Of a stretch of DNA of 64,000 nucleotides, positions 26,001 through 35,096 are shown in pieces. Location of the stretch: positions 3,264,001-3,328,000 of the forward strand of contig OZ257142.1 of the NCBI GenBank assembly GCA_965279035.1. Direction: 5' to 3'. The DNA is from Bacteroidia bacterium (GTDB lineage: Bacteria; Bacteroidota; Bacteroidia; M30B66). The translations under genes and the position numbers were made by a program. The notes beneath the pieces were generated by a model that ran no database searches, was not told where the DNA came from, and was given only the letters and a program-made list of their open reading frames with translations. The stretch's first letter is position 1. The number at the start of each line of letters is the position of its first letter.

Positions 26001-29000
26001 AAGTGATACAACAAATAATTTTACAACAGGTTTGTATTGGGTTGAAAATAGCGGAGATTTACCGAATATTATAAACTTAATTGGTGATAGCAATTCAGTA
26101 TTTATTTTTAATATTCAAGGCAATTTAAATTTAGATTCTTCAATAAAAATTAATTTTATAGGTAGTATTGATGAAAGAAATGTCATTTTTAATGTAAATG
26201 ATACATTATTTCTAAAGGATCCAATTAATGCAACATACATAGCTAGTAGAATTTATTCTAACTATAATTTTTCTAATGAATTAGATTGTATTCTCATCTC
26301 AAAAACTTCAATTTCATTTAAATCAAATCAAAAAATTGGCATTAGAGCTGATTTAAATTGCATTTTCATTGGGTGTAATAGTATAATTAACCCCAATTTT
26401 TATACAGATACTTCTAACTCTCCTTTCGTTGATTTTGGCCACATTTTCGATAATAAAATTGCATTCGAAAGAAACAGGCTTTGCGGATGGGACGACTTTA
26501 CAGGAACACCTGCGGTTTACAGCGAAGTACCAAATGCCAACCCAATAAATTGGAGCGCAATTGTTTGGAGTTCCGGATACCAAGGTGGTGGTTCGGAAGG
26601 TATTATTAGTAAGCCTGGTGGACTTAATGTAAATCCAGAAAAAGTATATGAAATTGAATTTGATTACAGATTAGCAATTAATACTGAAATTGATAATGCA
26701 ACTCAATTTTTAGATCAATTGTTCCTAATATTTGTTGAATCAGGAATTTCAGTACCAAACAATCTACTATTAAATATTGATTCAAAGTCATATCCTGAAT
26801 TGCCTTTTTCAAGCATACCTTCTGCAGGATATATATTCATGAATGATCAAGAATTAAAAAACATAACAAATACTACTTGGAAACATTTTTATGGTACTAT
26901 AAATACTACAGGTTATAATCAAATTAACAGAATGATTATAGCACCACGAACAAACTTAGGTACGAATAATATTCCATATATTCTTATCGATAATTTAAAA
27001 GTAAATGCATGTTGTTCTGGATCTTCGATGAGTATTAATTCAGAGTCAACAATAAACCAAATTCCATTAAATTCTACGAACACAAGTACTTTTTTTACAG
27101 AGGCTTCTGGAAGTACTACTGCTATAATAGAATCTGACTTTGCCACCTATCCGAGTCATATAATAAGTATTAATGGTGATTTAATTGTTGATCAAAATCT
27201 AAATATTACAAATGCAAATATTAAAATGCTTGTTAATTCTAAAATTGTAGTTCAACCAGGGAAAACTTTGAGAATTTTAGATAGCCAAATTAGCTCTTGT
27301 ATACGCATGTGGGATGGAATTGACATTCTACCCGGTGGTATATTAATTATGGATAATTCAATAATATTAGATGCAGATACGGCAGTAAGTTCTTGGGGCG
27401 GTGCTAATTTCAATTTGTCAAATAGTACATTTGAAAACAATGATGTTGGTATTAAATATTGCAGTTACTTATATACATTCCATCCTGGTTATTTAAGAGG
27501 TTGTACTATTAAGGGCAATAATTTATTAAAAAGTCCATTAGAAACTAGATGGTCAAGCGTTGGTGTTTTGATCGAAAGATGTAAAGGTGTACAAGTTGGT
27601 ATAACTGGAATTTCACAAATACACAATACATTTGATAGATTAGTAATTGGAATAGACATTGCCCAAAGTAATGTTACAATTTATAATAATCATTTTTCAA
27701 ATATTGCCAATTCTTCAATTAATTCAAGTCAACCATTTGCTCAATTTTTTGCAATTAGATCTAATGCAATTGGAGGAAACTATACTTTAAGAATTGGAAG
27801 TCCAACTGTTTCTTCAAATGAAAGTAATGATTTTACAAGATGTACAATTGGTATAGCTTCATTTAATGGAAATAATTTTTATGCATATAATAATACCTTT
27901 GATCAAATAGAAACCAGAGCAATCTCTCTGATTTCTAATTCTACACGAATTATTGAGGTGAAGAACAATTACTTTTCTAAATACAATACTGGAATTTACT
28001 TATTTGGTAATGTTAATTCTACAGTTTCTATTAATGATAATAACATGCATATTTTAAATCAATGGCCTCAAGCAAAAGGGATTGATGTTACTGGAAATAT
28101 TTCACCTGCAATTATGCGACTTAATATTTCAGGGAATGATATAAGTTGGGTAAATCAGGGAATTGTTGTAAGAAATGTTATCTCAGGAAATATTAATCCT
28201 TATACTATTGGATATTGTTTTATACATGATAATTTGATAAGAACTACTACATTATCTAATTCATCTACTCGTGGAATATGGGTTTCTAGTTGCACGCGTA
28301 GCAATGTATTTAATAATACAATTACATCATCAAGTGCAAATAATGTGAATGCTAATGGTATTAGATCAGAAAATAGTACTGGATCAGCATTCTGGTGTAA
28401 TGATATTACAGCAAACGGTCACGCTATGTATTTTACTGGTGTTTCTCCTGTTAGTGTTCAGGGTAATAAATTCACTAGCAATTATTCTGGAATTACAATC
28501 GATCATGCAGTAATTGGACCTCAATATGGTATATTTAACGGTTCAACACTTAATAACAAAAAAGCGTCAATGAATTCGTGGTTAGGAACCCACACTCGTC
28601 ACTTTTCTTCCTTAAGTAGTACTGGTTCACTTTCACCTTTTGTTTTAGCTAATGTTACTAACCACCCAGAATATAATCCAGCCGGTTATTCATCTTTTGT
28701 TAATTATTCAAATCCACAAACATCAACAAATGCAATTAATACATCGAATATACTAAGTGTTTCATCATCATCTGGGAATATTGCTTCACTAGTATCTAAT
28801 TTGGAATCATGTGTAATGATTGATTTGGAATATACTGGCGGTGGAGGTGGGGGTGGAGGAACGCACGACATTGTTCAAAATGCACGTTCGTTGTACCAGA
28901 TTTCTAATGAAATAGACTCAATTGATATTTATCATGTTGAAAGCCGTTGGCAAGCAGATCTAGCATTTTATAATTTGGCAAAAAATGATTCTGTTACTTT

Positions 29001-29802
29001 GGTCGACTCTACATTGAATAATTTTTTCTTTCATTTAGATTCAATGTCTACAGGCACTTTGAATAAAATAAGAGAAAATTTCCCAATTTATACTATGAGT
29101 GATACAAATGCTACTGCAGAACAATTGATTGACAGTTTAAATACTTTTGGTTCTGACCTAAGTACAGTATCATCTCAGTTACGCACTTTTGTTTCTTCAA
29201 ATGATGTCCAAACTGCTCAAGTGGCTGTTCTTGATGCTCAAAATTCAATTTCATCTTTTAATAGAATCAAAATAAAACAAATACTCATACTACAATCAGA
29301 TACCATTGATGATTCTTTACAGAATATACAATTGGATAGTCTTAAAAATCTGTCCACTGAGACACCAAATTCGTTACTTGATGAACTATACTCTCTTGCG
29401 CAGGAATGTCCTTACGAAAAAGGATCTGCTGTTTGGTGGGCTCGTGCTTCTTTTCCTGATACAGTTTTTACAAATTCATGTGAAATAATAACAGATTCAA
29501 TAGGTGCACGTATCGGAAATTACAATATTAAAGTCGAAAAACATACGGTCATTGAAAATCCTAGTGTTTATCCCAATCCTGCAATAAATGAGTTTTTTGT
29601 AGTTTTACCTTCGGATATTACAAATGCAGTGTTTGAATTGTACGACATTGCAGGTCAACTAGTTTATAGTACCTTACTATGTCAAACAACTCAGCAAATA
29701 AAAACAAGATCTATTGCCTCAGGTTTGTATCTTTATACTATTAAAGATTTAAATCATAATCTTCTTGGTCATGATAGAATTATCTTAAACAATGAGAAAT
29801 GA
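23041..29802 (+). CDS. Giant T9SS type-A cargo protein (beta-helix repeats, ice-binding-like domain)
   Basis: Signal peptide; WTGSVSSNWS..NW; Asn-rich parallel beta-helix repeats; Gly8 linker; CTD VYPNPA...LYDIAGQ...SGLY. Confidence 0.9.
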   Translation: MKNCLLLLFAFIISQCAFATSKTWTGSVSSNWSNSSNWSPSYIPNLGDSVYIHSATNTPVLTDNSYCNTLILTSGAVLDLGGNNFSQSGNLIMNDATIKNGILQLNGLINYPTITLVNSEFDVIISGTIGTLTASNSVFKKSNTFNIRSNSPSYCGGNTFEKPTHISNNGSGELFFGFNAPDTFQDSVFIDAQDLITSSTGDIHMAYNSSSNEFNGFCQFELNSQSSIYFCEGADTASVDFFAQVLIGVAVNSQAIEFSRNAHFHSGAPLELSNLGWISGELRLMGVTMDDSLSIVMDENEKGNSILIDNGSVFSSIVNCTAQSIYLGEATFNDSTTFVKTGDETNQPHYGHIIANAPFSLSNTGTGSFITSYSDSCSFRSDLTLINTDEGSIDIASNGLLKIGGDLKISTSAGRVALGEYSTDTNSVQGNIDLNCNGGLVVLGMIKQSSGTINTTSFANSELDLLGFRSTNSDSLIFTGSDNSRLVLNQCQIQGPFNVELPSIVTNGGIYNGNTLFHKTGSDYDQGGGSMVFHGKAHFKTSSDGYFLLNYDASNNQFWDDLIIECIGDGKVMTASDGSSDLYKNLEFRGSTTPDLIQGSAMNFVGSENQHILSTGSISDFSMATLLVEKPFGELIIEVPLHIQNELNLSKGIIQLSDSNSLFLDSLTIVSFGSDSSYVEGAISRTGTSEFTFPTGGNGQYAPISIEAVSSSTTFKASYIGNDPNSLYSRSSKDSTLGFVNRCGYWKLERIAGTGTTKATLGWSNNPCFSSNPVDAKIALWDGSHWKDKGNGAYSGNSTAGNAQMSNSFASYPAIIDVTGVCGLTAGLSANRDTLYSGYLATITATPTNQSNYKFYVNNVLKQDSSISQFKTHTLVNGDSVKLLVANMDGCESYHTKSIYLITPPLLLNPNLFSNDSIQVFAKDSILSDTSIHVYISGNTLSKFKSQTCYQSHGLFDNDLVNISNKYDSLNLIQSRINIDKGIPIEGSDTTNNFTTGLYWVENSGDLPNIINLIGDSNSVFIFNIQGNLNLDSSIKINFIGSIDERNVIFNVNDTLFLKDPINATYIASRIYSNYNFSNELDCILISKTSISFKSNQKIGIRADLNCIFIGCNSIINPNFYTDTSNSPFVDFGHIFDNKIAFERNRLCGWDDFTGTPAVYSEVPNANPINWSAIVWSSGYQGGGSEGIISKPGGLNVNPEKVYEIEFDYRLAINTEIDNATQFLDQLFLIFVESGISVPNNLLLNIDSKSYPELPFSSIPSAGYIFMNDQELKNITNTTWKHFYGTINTTGYNQINRMIIAPRTNLGTNNIPYILIDNLKVNACCSGSSMSINSESTINQIPLNSTNTSTFFTEASGSTTAIIESDFATYPSHIISINGDLIVDQNLNITNANIKMLVNSKIVVQPGKTLRILDSQISSCIRMWDGIDILPGGILIMDNSIILDADTAVSSWGGANFNLSNSTFENNDVGIKYCSYLYTFHPGYLRGCTIKGNNLLKSPLETRWSSVGVLIERCKGVQVGITGISQIHNTFDRLVIGIDIAQSNVTIYNNHFSNIANSSINSSQPFAQFFAIRSNAIGGNYTLRIGSPTVSSNESNDFTRCTIGIASFNGNNFYAYNNTFDQIETRAISLISNSTRIIEVKNNYFSKYNTGIYLFGNVNSTVSINDNNMHILNQWPQAKGIDVTGNISPAIMRLNISGNDISWVNQGIVVRNVISGNINPYTIGYCFIHDNLIRTTTLSNSSTRGIWVSSCTRSNVFNNTITSSSANNVNANGIRSENSTGSAFWCNDITANGHAMYFTGVSPVSVQGNKFTSNYSGITIDHAVIGPQYGIFNGSTLNNKKASMNSWLGTHTRHFSSLSSTGSLSPFVLANVTNHPEYNPAGYSSFVNYSNPQTSTNAINTSNILSVSSSSGNIASLVSNLESCVMIDLEYTGGGGGGGGTHDIVQNARSLYQISNEIDSIDIYHVESRWQADLAFYNLAKNDSVTLVDSTLNNFFFHLDSMSTGTLNKIRENFPIYTMSDTNATAEQLIDSLNTFGSDLSTVSSQLRTFVSSNDVQTAQVAVLDAQNSISSFNRIKIKQILILQSDTIDDSLQNIQLDSLKNLSTETPNSLLDELYSLAQECPYEKGSAVWWARASFPDTVFTNSCEIITDSIGARIGNYNIKVEKHTVIENPSVYPNPAINEFFVVLPSDITNAVFELYDIAGQLVYSTLLCQTTQQIKTRSIASGLYLYTIKDLNHNLLGHDRIILNNEK

Positions 29803-30734
29803 TTTTTAATTTGAAATTAATTTTTCTTTTGAGCATTGGATTCTACTTTCCTTCTAGCAAAATATTTGGCCAGAACCTAGTTTTAAATCCATCATTTGAG
29901 AATTTGGTGCTTTGTTCAGATAATATTGAAATATTTTCAGCCTCTCATTGGAATAATCCTAACACTGGCACTAGTGATATCTTGAGTTCTTGCAATTATT
30001 CAATACCAAATAGCATCTCAGGCTTTCAATATGCAAAGGATGGAAATTGCTACGCAGGAATGTGTTTATTTGAAGTAAATGATTATAAAGAATACATCCA
30101 AGGTGAATTTAGCCAGATACTAACAAGAAATAAAAAATATAAATTGACTTTTTTTGTTTCATTAGCAGATTCTATTTCATCGGTTTCAATAAGAACATTA
30201 GGATTTTATACTTCTAAAGATAAGATACAAAAAACCGAAAACACTCATTTACCTTATCTGCCTCAAATTGTTGTAGATCCAACAAATAAGAATCTAGTAA
30301 AGGATTGGATTCCTATTGAAGGTTTTTTTATAGCTAATGGTGAAGAAAAATATTTCACAATCGGAAATTTTTCTCCTGATTCATTATCAGATACTACTGC
30401 AATTAACGAAATAAATAATCCTGCATTATTTTACAGAATGTGTTACTTTTATATTGATGATGTTTCTGTAGAAGAAGTAAAATCTGAATTGGACTTAAAA
30501 ATCGTTTCAATTACCAATTCATTATCAAGTGATTTTTTTAGCATTAACTATTTAACTAATATTATACCTTCCCTTGATGTTCAACTATTCGATGGATCAG
30601 GTCGACTAATAAAAGAATTGAACATATACGAAAATATAAACATATCAGTAATTGATTTGTCCCCAGGGATATATTATTGTAGAATATTAAATCAAAATAA
30701 TGTTGTTCTAATAGATAAAATTATTAGAATTTAA
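29799..30734 (+). CDS. T9SS type-A cargo protein, CBM-like domain
   Basis: QNLVLNPSFE...YFYIDDVSV; CTD LSPGIYYC. Confidence 0.85.
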   Translation: MIFNLKLIFLLSIGFYFPSSKIFGQNLVLNPSFENLVLCSDNIEIFSASHWNNPNTGTSDILSSCNYSIPNSISGFQYAKDGNCYAGMCLFEVNDYKEYIQGEFSQILTRNKKYKLTFFVSLADSISSVSIRTLGFYTSKDKIQKTENTHLPYLPQIVVDPTNKNLVKDWIPIEGFFIANGEEKYFTIGNFSPDSLSDTTAINEINNPALFYRMCYFYIDDVSVEEVKSELDLKIVSITNSLSSDFFSINYLTNIIPSLDVQLFDGSGRLIKELNIYENINISVIDLSPGIYYCRILNQNNVVLIDKIIRI

Positions 30735-30960
30735 TATGAATTTACTTTAAAAATGGCACATTTATCTGTAACTTAAAAGAATAATAAAGAGTAAGAAATA
30801 TTTATTTATCCTAATCCAAAAATAAAATATCAGTAAAGCAGTTTATTATTACTCGGAAAATTATAGCATCCAAGCCTAAAGCCAGCTTTTCACGGACATT
30901 CGAGCTCGGACTAGTTTAGAAAATTAACTCATTTAACCCGATTTCTCGATCCACAGTATT

Positions 30961-31523
30961 TTGCTGGTCAGAAATGCAATAGTTTCACTTGATCTATTGA
31001 CCAAGGACGATTCCTTGTATGCGGACTATACTTATCTTACGTTGGAAATAATGGAAGATTCTCTTACTTGGATGCAAATAGCTTCTGTTCAGAAACAGAA
31101 GCTCGAATTTTTGTCTCGATTTCCGTCTAGTATTCAAAGTTACGCCATGGCAGCTAGGCAACTCCGGGGAGATACTATATACCATCGGTATCCCTACATT
31201 GATGTACCATCTGGTGCAAGGCTTGCTGGAACTCAAGTTGAACCCCAACAAAAAAACAAGTAAAGTCTGAAGTAGGAATTTATCCAAATCCGAATAAAGG
31301 TATATTTTCTCTAAATGTGGCTAGCATAACAACAGGTGGACAGACGATTGAAATAGTTGATATTACTGTACGCACATTGCATATCGAATCCTTCGTGAAA
31401 CGGGAAAACAAATACATTGAGAATATACAATTGGATAACTTATCAGTTGGAATTTATTTCTGTAGGGTTTATACTTCTAATAAAGAGTTGCTGGGTATTC
31501 AACGATTTATCATTTCCAAGTAA
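30961..31523 (+). pseudogene. Truncated, frameshifted T9SS cargo gene
   Basis: No signal peptide; frame change at the A-run near 31250 into VGIYPNPNKG...LSVGIYFC. Confidence 0.7.
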
Positions 31524-32983
31524 TGAAAGAATTTGTCGCATACTTATTTGCTTTTTTAAGTATATCTAGTATTGCACAGGTGCCAACTTTTGCTCGTACA
31601 TACAATGACACGGCAAATTTTGGTGGAAATGCATCTAGACCTGTTGAACTCGACAGCGGCAGTTATTATATTGCTAGCTCTGGATTTAGTTTGGTTGTAG
31701 AAGATGGTGGATTTCAGAGAATTCTTTCTTATGATGACTCTGGCGATATTATCTTGGATAATTTCAGGTATGTTCAATCAAGACGCTTTTTCGATTTCTG
31801 TTCGATGATAAAAAGCAATGACGGAAATCTTCTTTTGTTTAATGCACGAAGTTGGATTAATGATGCAGGAGGAACTCAAATCTTTGTATTAAAACTAAGC
31901 CCGGACTTAACAGATACACTTTGGTCATATTACCATCATGACTCACTGTATTATGATACTCCAGAAGATTTAATTGAAACAACAAGCGGTGAAATTGCAT
32001 TGATAGCTTCACGAGATTATTTTACTACAACAGAAGACCACGATGGATATTTTATTAAACTTAATGGTCTGGGAGAACTTGTCAATGAAACTTTAATTAA
32101 TGAAAATATAGCTGATTCCCCAAAGAATTTAATTAGTACACCCGAAGGGGGATTTCTTATTGCTGGTGTTGCCGGTACTGCTTTTACAAGTGACGTTGGG
32201 TATGAGTATTTAATAAAACTTGATGAAAATGGAATTAGGCAAGACGGATGGCAATTATCTCAAATTACAGAAGGAGGAATGAGCCGATTTGGCCCCAACA
32301 AGTTGCTTTTTTCAGGCTATAAATATCAAGGCGGAGGACCTAAAGCAGTCATGACAAATCTAGAAGGCGCTGTCCTCTATAACAAGACATACAGCGGATT
32401 TAATGAAGGCGCAGCCGCTTATATTGGAAGGAGGGTTTCGGATGGCGGAATTGTTAATGTAGGTATATTTACTCCAAGCCCTGAAATGAATAATGCAGGA
32501 ATGGTTTTTAAAACTGATTCTCTTGGAAATATGCTTTGGTCAAAATACTACAATCATGGCAATTATTTTGATTTCTTTCTCGACTTTATTGAAACGAAAG
32601 ATGGCGGCATATTGATAAGCGGTGCTGCTGATGATGATTTTTGCTGCGGTGGACAAAACACTTGGGTAGTAAAACTCGACGCCAACGGTTGTCTTGATCC
32701 TGCCAACTGTGGTGTAGGAATCGAAGATGCACCTTTTCCCGATGCTGTTACTATTTATCCCAACCCAGCAACAGACTGGCTACGAATAGATTTGGAAACT
32801 GCTGGCTCAGCGTACACGGCTCAACTACTAGTTGCAACCGGGCGATTGGTGCAAAATGAAGTGTTTTCAGCATTGGGGACGCATACTTTATCACTCAGTG
32901 GTCTTTCAACCGGGATTTATTATTGCCGGGTTTTGAAGGGCGAAATGGTTGTTGTTGTGGAGAAAATTGTTAAAATAGAATAG
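31523..32983 (+). CDS. T9SS type-A cargo protein (beta-propeller)
   Basis: Signal peptide; T.DGG..I.G / K.D..GN..W repeats; IYPNPA CTD. Confidence 0.88.
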   Translation: MKEFVAYLFAFLSISSIAQVPTFARTYNDTANFGGNASRPVELDSGSYYIASSGFSLVVEDGGFQRILSYDDSGDIILDNFRYVQSRRFFDFCSMIKSNDGNLLLFNARSWINDAGGTQIFVLKLSPDLTDTLWSYYHHDSLYYDTPEDLIETTSGEIALIASRDYFTTTEDHDGYFIKLNGLGELVNETLINENIADSPKNLISTPEGGFLIAGVAGTAFTSDVGYEYLIKLDENGIRQDGWQLSQITEGGMSRFGPNKLLFSGYKYQGGGPKAVMTNLEGAVLYNKTYSGFNEGAAAYIGRRVSDGGIVNVGIFTPSPEMNNAGMVFKTDSLGNMLWSKYYNHGNYFDFFLDFIETKDGGILISGAADDDFCCGGQNTWVVKLDANGCLDPANCGVGIEDAPFPDAVTIYPNPATDWLRIDLETAGSAYTAQLLVATGRLVQNEVFSALGTHTLSLSGLSTGIYYCRVLKGEMVVVVEKIVKIE

Positions 32984-33165
32984 CAACATATTTATTACAA
33001 AGTATAATATTAAAATGATATTAACTGAAACAATCCCCCTATTCAAATTAAACTATCTTAAAGACATATTTATGCAATAAAATATTTAACTTAATAAATT
33101 TTAATGAACTTAAACAAACATATTCGCCTTAAATCAACTTGAAAAGAGTTCGACAATAAGTCGTT

Positions 33166-33210
33166 CGGCTCCACCATTAGGGACAAATTCCATTTAGGGA
33201 GTTTGTCCCT
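33166..33210 (+). other. Second degenerate tmRNA-like 3' end plus terminator
   Basis: CGGCTCCACCA followed by stem AGGGACAAATTCC/GGAGTTTGTCCCT and T tract. Confidence 0.55.
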
Positions 33211-33389
33211 TTATTTTTTGATTAAATCCAATTAGATAATTTAACTTCTACTCTTTTTATCCTAATTTTTTTGGTCTTATTAAAGAAATGGAACACCCCG
33301 ATTTTAAAGATGAATGAGAAATAGTCGATTTTTTAATCAAGGAATTTCTTCAGAAATCGTGAAATATTTAATCTAATTAACCAACAGAA

Positions 33390-33872
33390 ATGAGAAACTA
33401 TCTTTTAATTTTTTTAAAAAGTTCAAAAGGGACACTTATATTAATTATTATTTTGTTAGTGTCTCTATGTGTAAACATTATTCTATTTTTTAGCCCTAGG
33501 GAAAATATCGAAATTACTCCCACTTTAAATATCGATGACCAATGGATACTCAGACAATCGAAAAAATATGCAATCCAAAATTTTATTGTTTTTCAAAGAC
33601 GACATAAATTAGATTCCATATCAAATTTGACAATAAGAAATAATGATGTTGACGATACAAATGGAAAGGCACTTGTATTATTTCATGCTTTTGGCCACGT
33701 AATAAATTTCGCAAAAAAAATGCCTTTAGAGTCTCCTGAGCACAATAAACAAACTGTTGGATTTGAAAATGTTTTGAGAGATGCTATGAATCTGCCATGT
33801 AGGTTAGGAAATGACCATGGCACTGTAGCAAATCCTAAAGAAACATCTGGTAGTGAAATCTATAAAGAATAA
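33390..33872 (+). CDS. Hypothetical membrane-anchored protein
   Basis: N-terminal TM segment. Confidence 0.65.
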   Translation: MRNYLLIFLKSSKGTLILIIILLVSLCVNIILFFSPRENIEITPTLNIDDQWILRQSKKYAIQNFIVFQRRHKLDSISNLTIRNNDVDDTNGKALVLFHAFGHVINFAKKMPLESPEHNKQTVGFENVLRDAMNLPCRLGNDHGTVANPKETSGSEIYKE

Positions 33873-33876
33873 AAAA

Positions 33877-34012
33877 ATGTATATCAAGGTTATTTACCTA
33901 TTTATTTTAATAATTATTTTTCATCCTTCTGTTTATTCTCAGAAGGATGAAAAATCAATTGTACTTTTAGAATCGGGCATTGAAATAATATTTGAAAAAA
34001 ATATTATACTAG
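33877..34012 (+). pseudogene. 5' part of a secreted-protein gene interrupted by the composite transposon
   Basis: MYIKVIYLFILIIIFHPSVYSQ...; joins in frame to 40200-40555 across the target duplication. Confidence 0.75.
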
Positions 34013-34413
34013 ACCCGTTGTGCGGTTGAATTATCAATTTATTTTATCATATTAAACAATGAAATAAGGCTGTTAATGCTTCTTGACACTATATCATTCA
34101 TGTTTGTCTACGACGTATTAATTCTTGTCTTGACACACGCTTCGACAAGCTCAGCGTGCATTTAAAGAAGGTCAAGTCTGGACGATGCTGCTTACGCACC
34201 AGGCCTTTTTTCGACCATTTTGCTCGGATAAGCTTTTTTTTCATCTATGTCGAAACACACCCTCGCCGCCCAGACATAGCCTCCACAAGATCCGTTTCTA
34301 AACCTAATTTTAATTTAAATAATTTAATCTAAAGGCATTACATAAGTAATGATTATTGGGGTAAGCGATAAATAGTGTTGAAGGATAATTCTAATTTTTA
34401 ACCGCACAACGGG
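34013..34413 (+). mobile_element. IS982-family MITE (about 400 bp)
   Basis: Ends match the two ends of the IS982 element over 19 bp each; no transposase. Confidence 0.8.
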
Positions 34414-34474
34414 AAAGGTTTATTATTTTAGGTTTTCGATTTAATTTGTGTTTTTCCATTTTAATTATTGAACA

Positions 34475-35077
34475 ATGAATCAACTTTCCTATATCCAAAA
34501 TGCTGCTCCATTTGCCCAGCCAATTCTGCTATATATTCAGGAATTGGTGATGAAGGTTTGTCCGGAAGCGGAGGTGAAAATCAAGTGGAGTTTTCCCTGT
34601 TTTATATATAAAGGCAAGATGCTCTGCAGCATGGCGGCATTTAAAAATCATTGCAGTTTTGGGTTTTGGTTAACGGAGCAATTGCATGATCCACATGGAT
34701 ATTTATTACCAAATAATGACAAATCAGCGATGGGGAATTTGGGTAGAATTACTTCGATAGCAGATATTCCAGAAGAATCGGTGATGGTTGATTTTATTTG
34801 TCAAACAATGATTTTAATTGACAATGGAGCAAAGCTTAGCAGAAAGAAAAACACTGAACCTAAACCGTTGATTATACCTGAAGAATTAGAAATTGCATTG
34901 CAATCTTCAGCTAAGGCTGGAAATGTATTTTTAGCCTTTAGCACATCTCATAAAAGAGAATATGCGGAATGGATAATGGAAGCGAAAACTACAGCAACAA
35001 AAGAAAAGCGAGTTGCTCAAGCAATTGCTATGATGGAAGAAGGGAAAAGTAGGAATTGGAAATATGAGAAATGTTGA
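34475..35077 (+). CDS. YdeI/OmpD-associated family protein (DUF1801)
   Basis: IKWSFPCF...AFKNHC...; C-terminal HKREYAEWIMEAKT..TKEKR. Confidence 0.88.
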   Translation: MNQLSYIQNAAPFAQPILLYIQELVMKVCPEAEVKIKWSFPCFIYKGKMLCSMAAFKNHCSFGFWLTEQLHDPHGYLLPNNDKSAMGNLGRITSIADIPEESVMVDFICQTMILIDNGAKLSRKKNTEPKPLIIPEELEIALQSSAKAGNVFLAFSTSHKREYAEWIMEAKTTATKEKRVAQAIAMMEEGKSRNWKYEKC

Positions 35078-35096
35078 ATAATTATTAATTACGAAT

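Noticed and set aside
33916-33954. 15-bp hairpin as terminator of 33390-33872
   Set aside because: It lies within the reconstructed interrupted coding sequence, so a terminator role is doubtful
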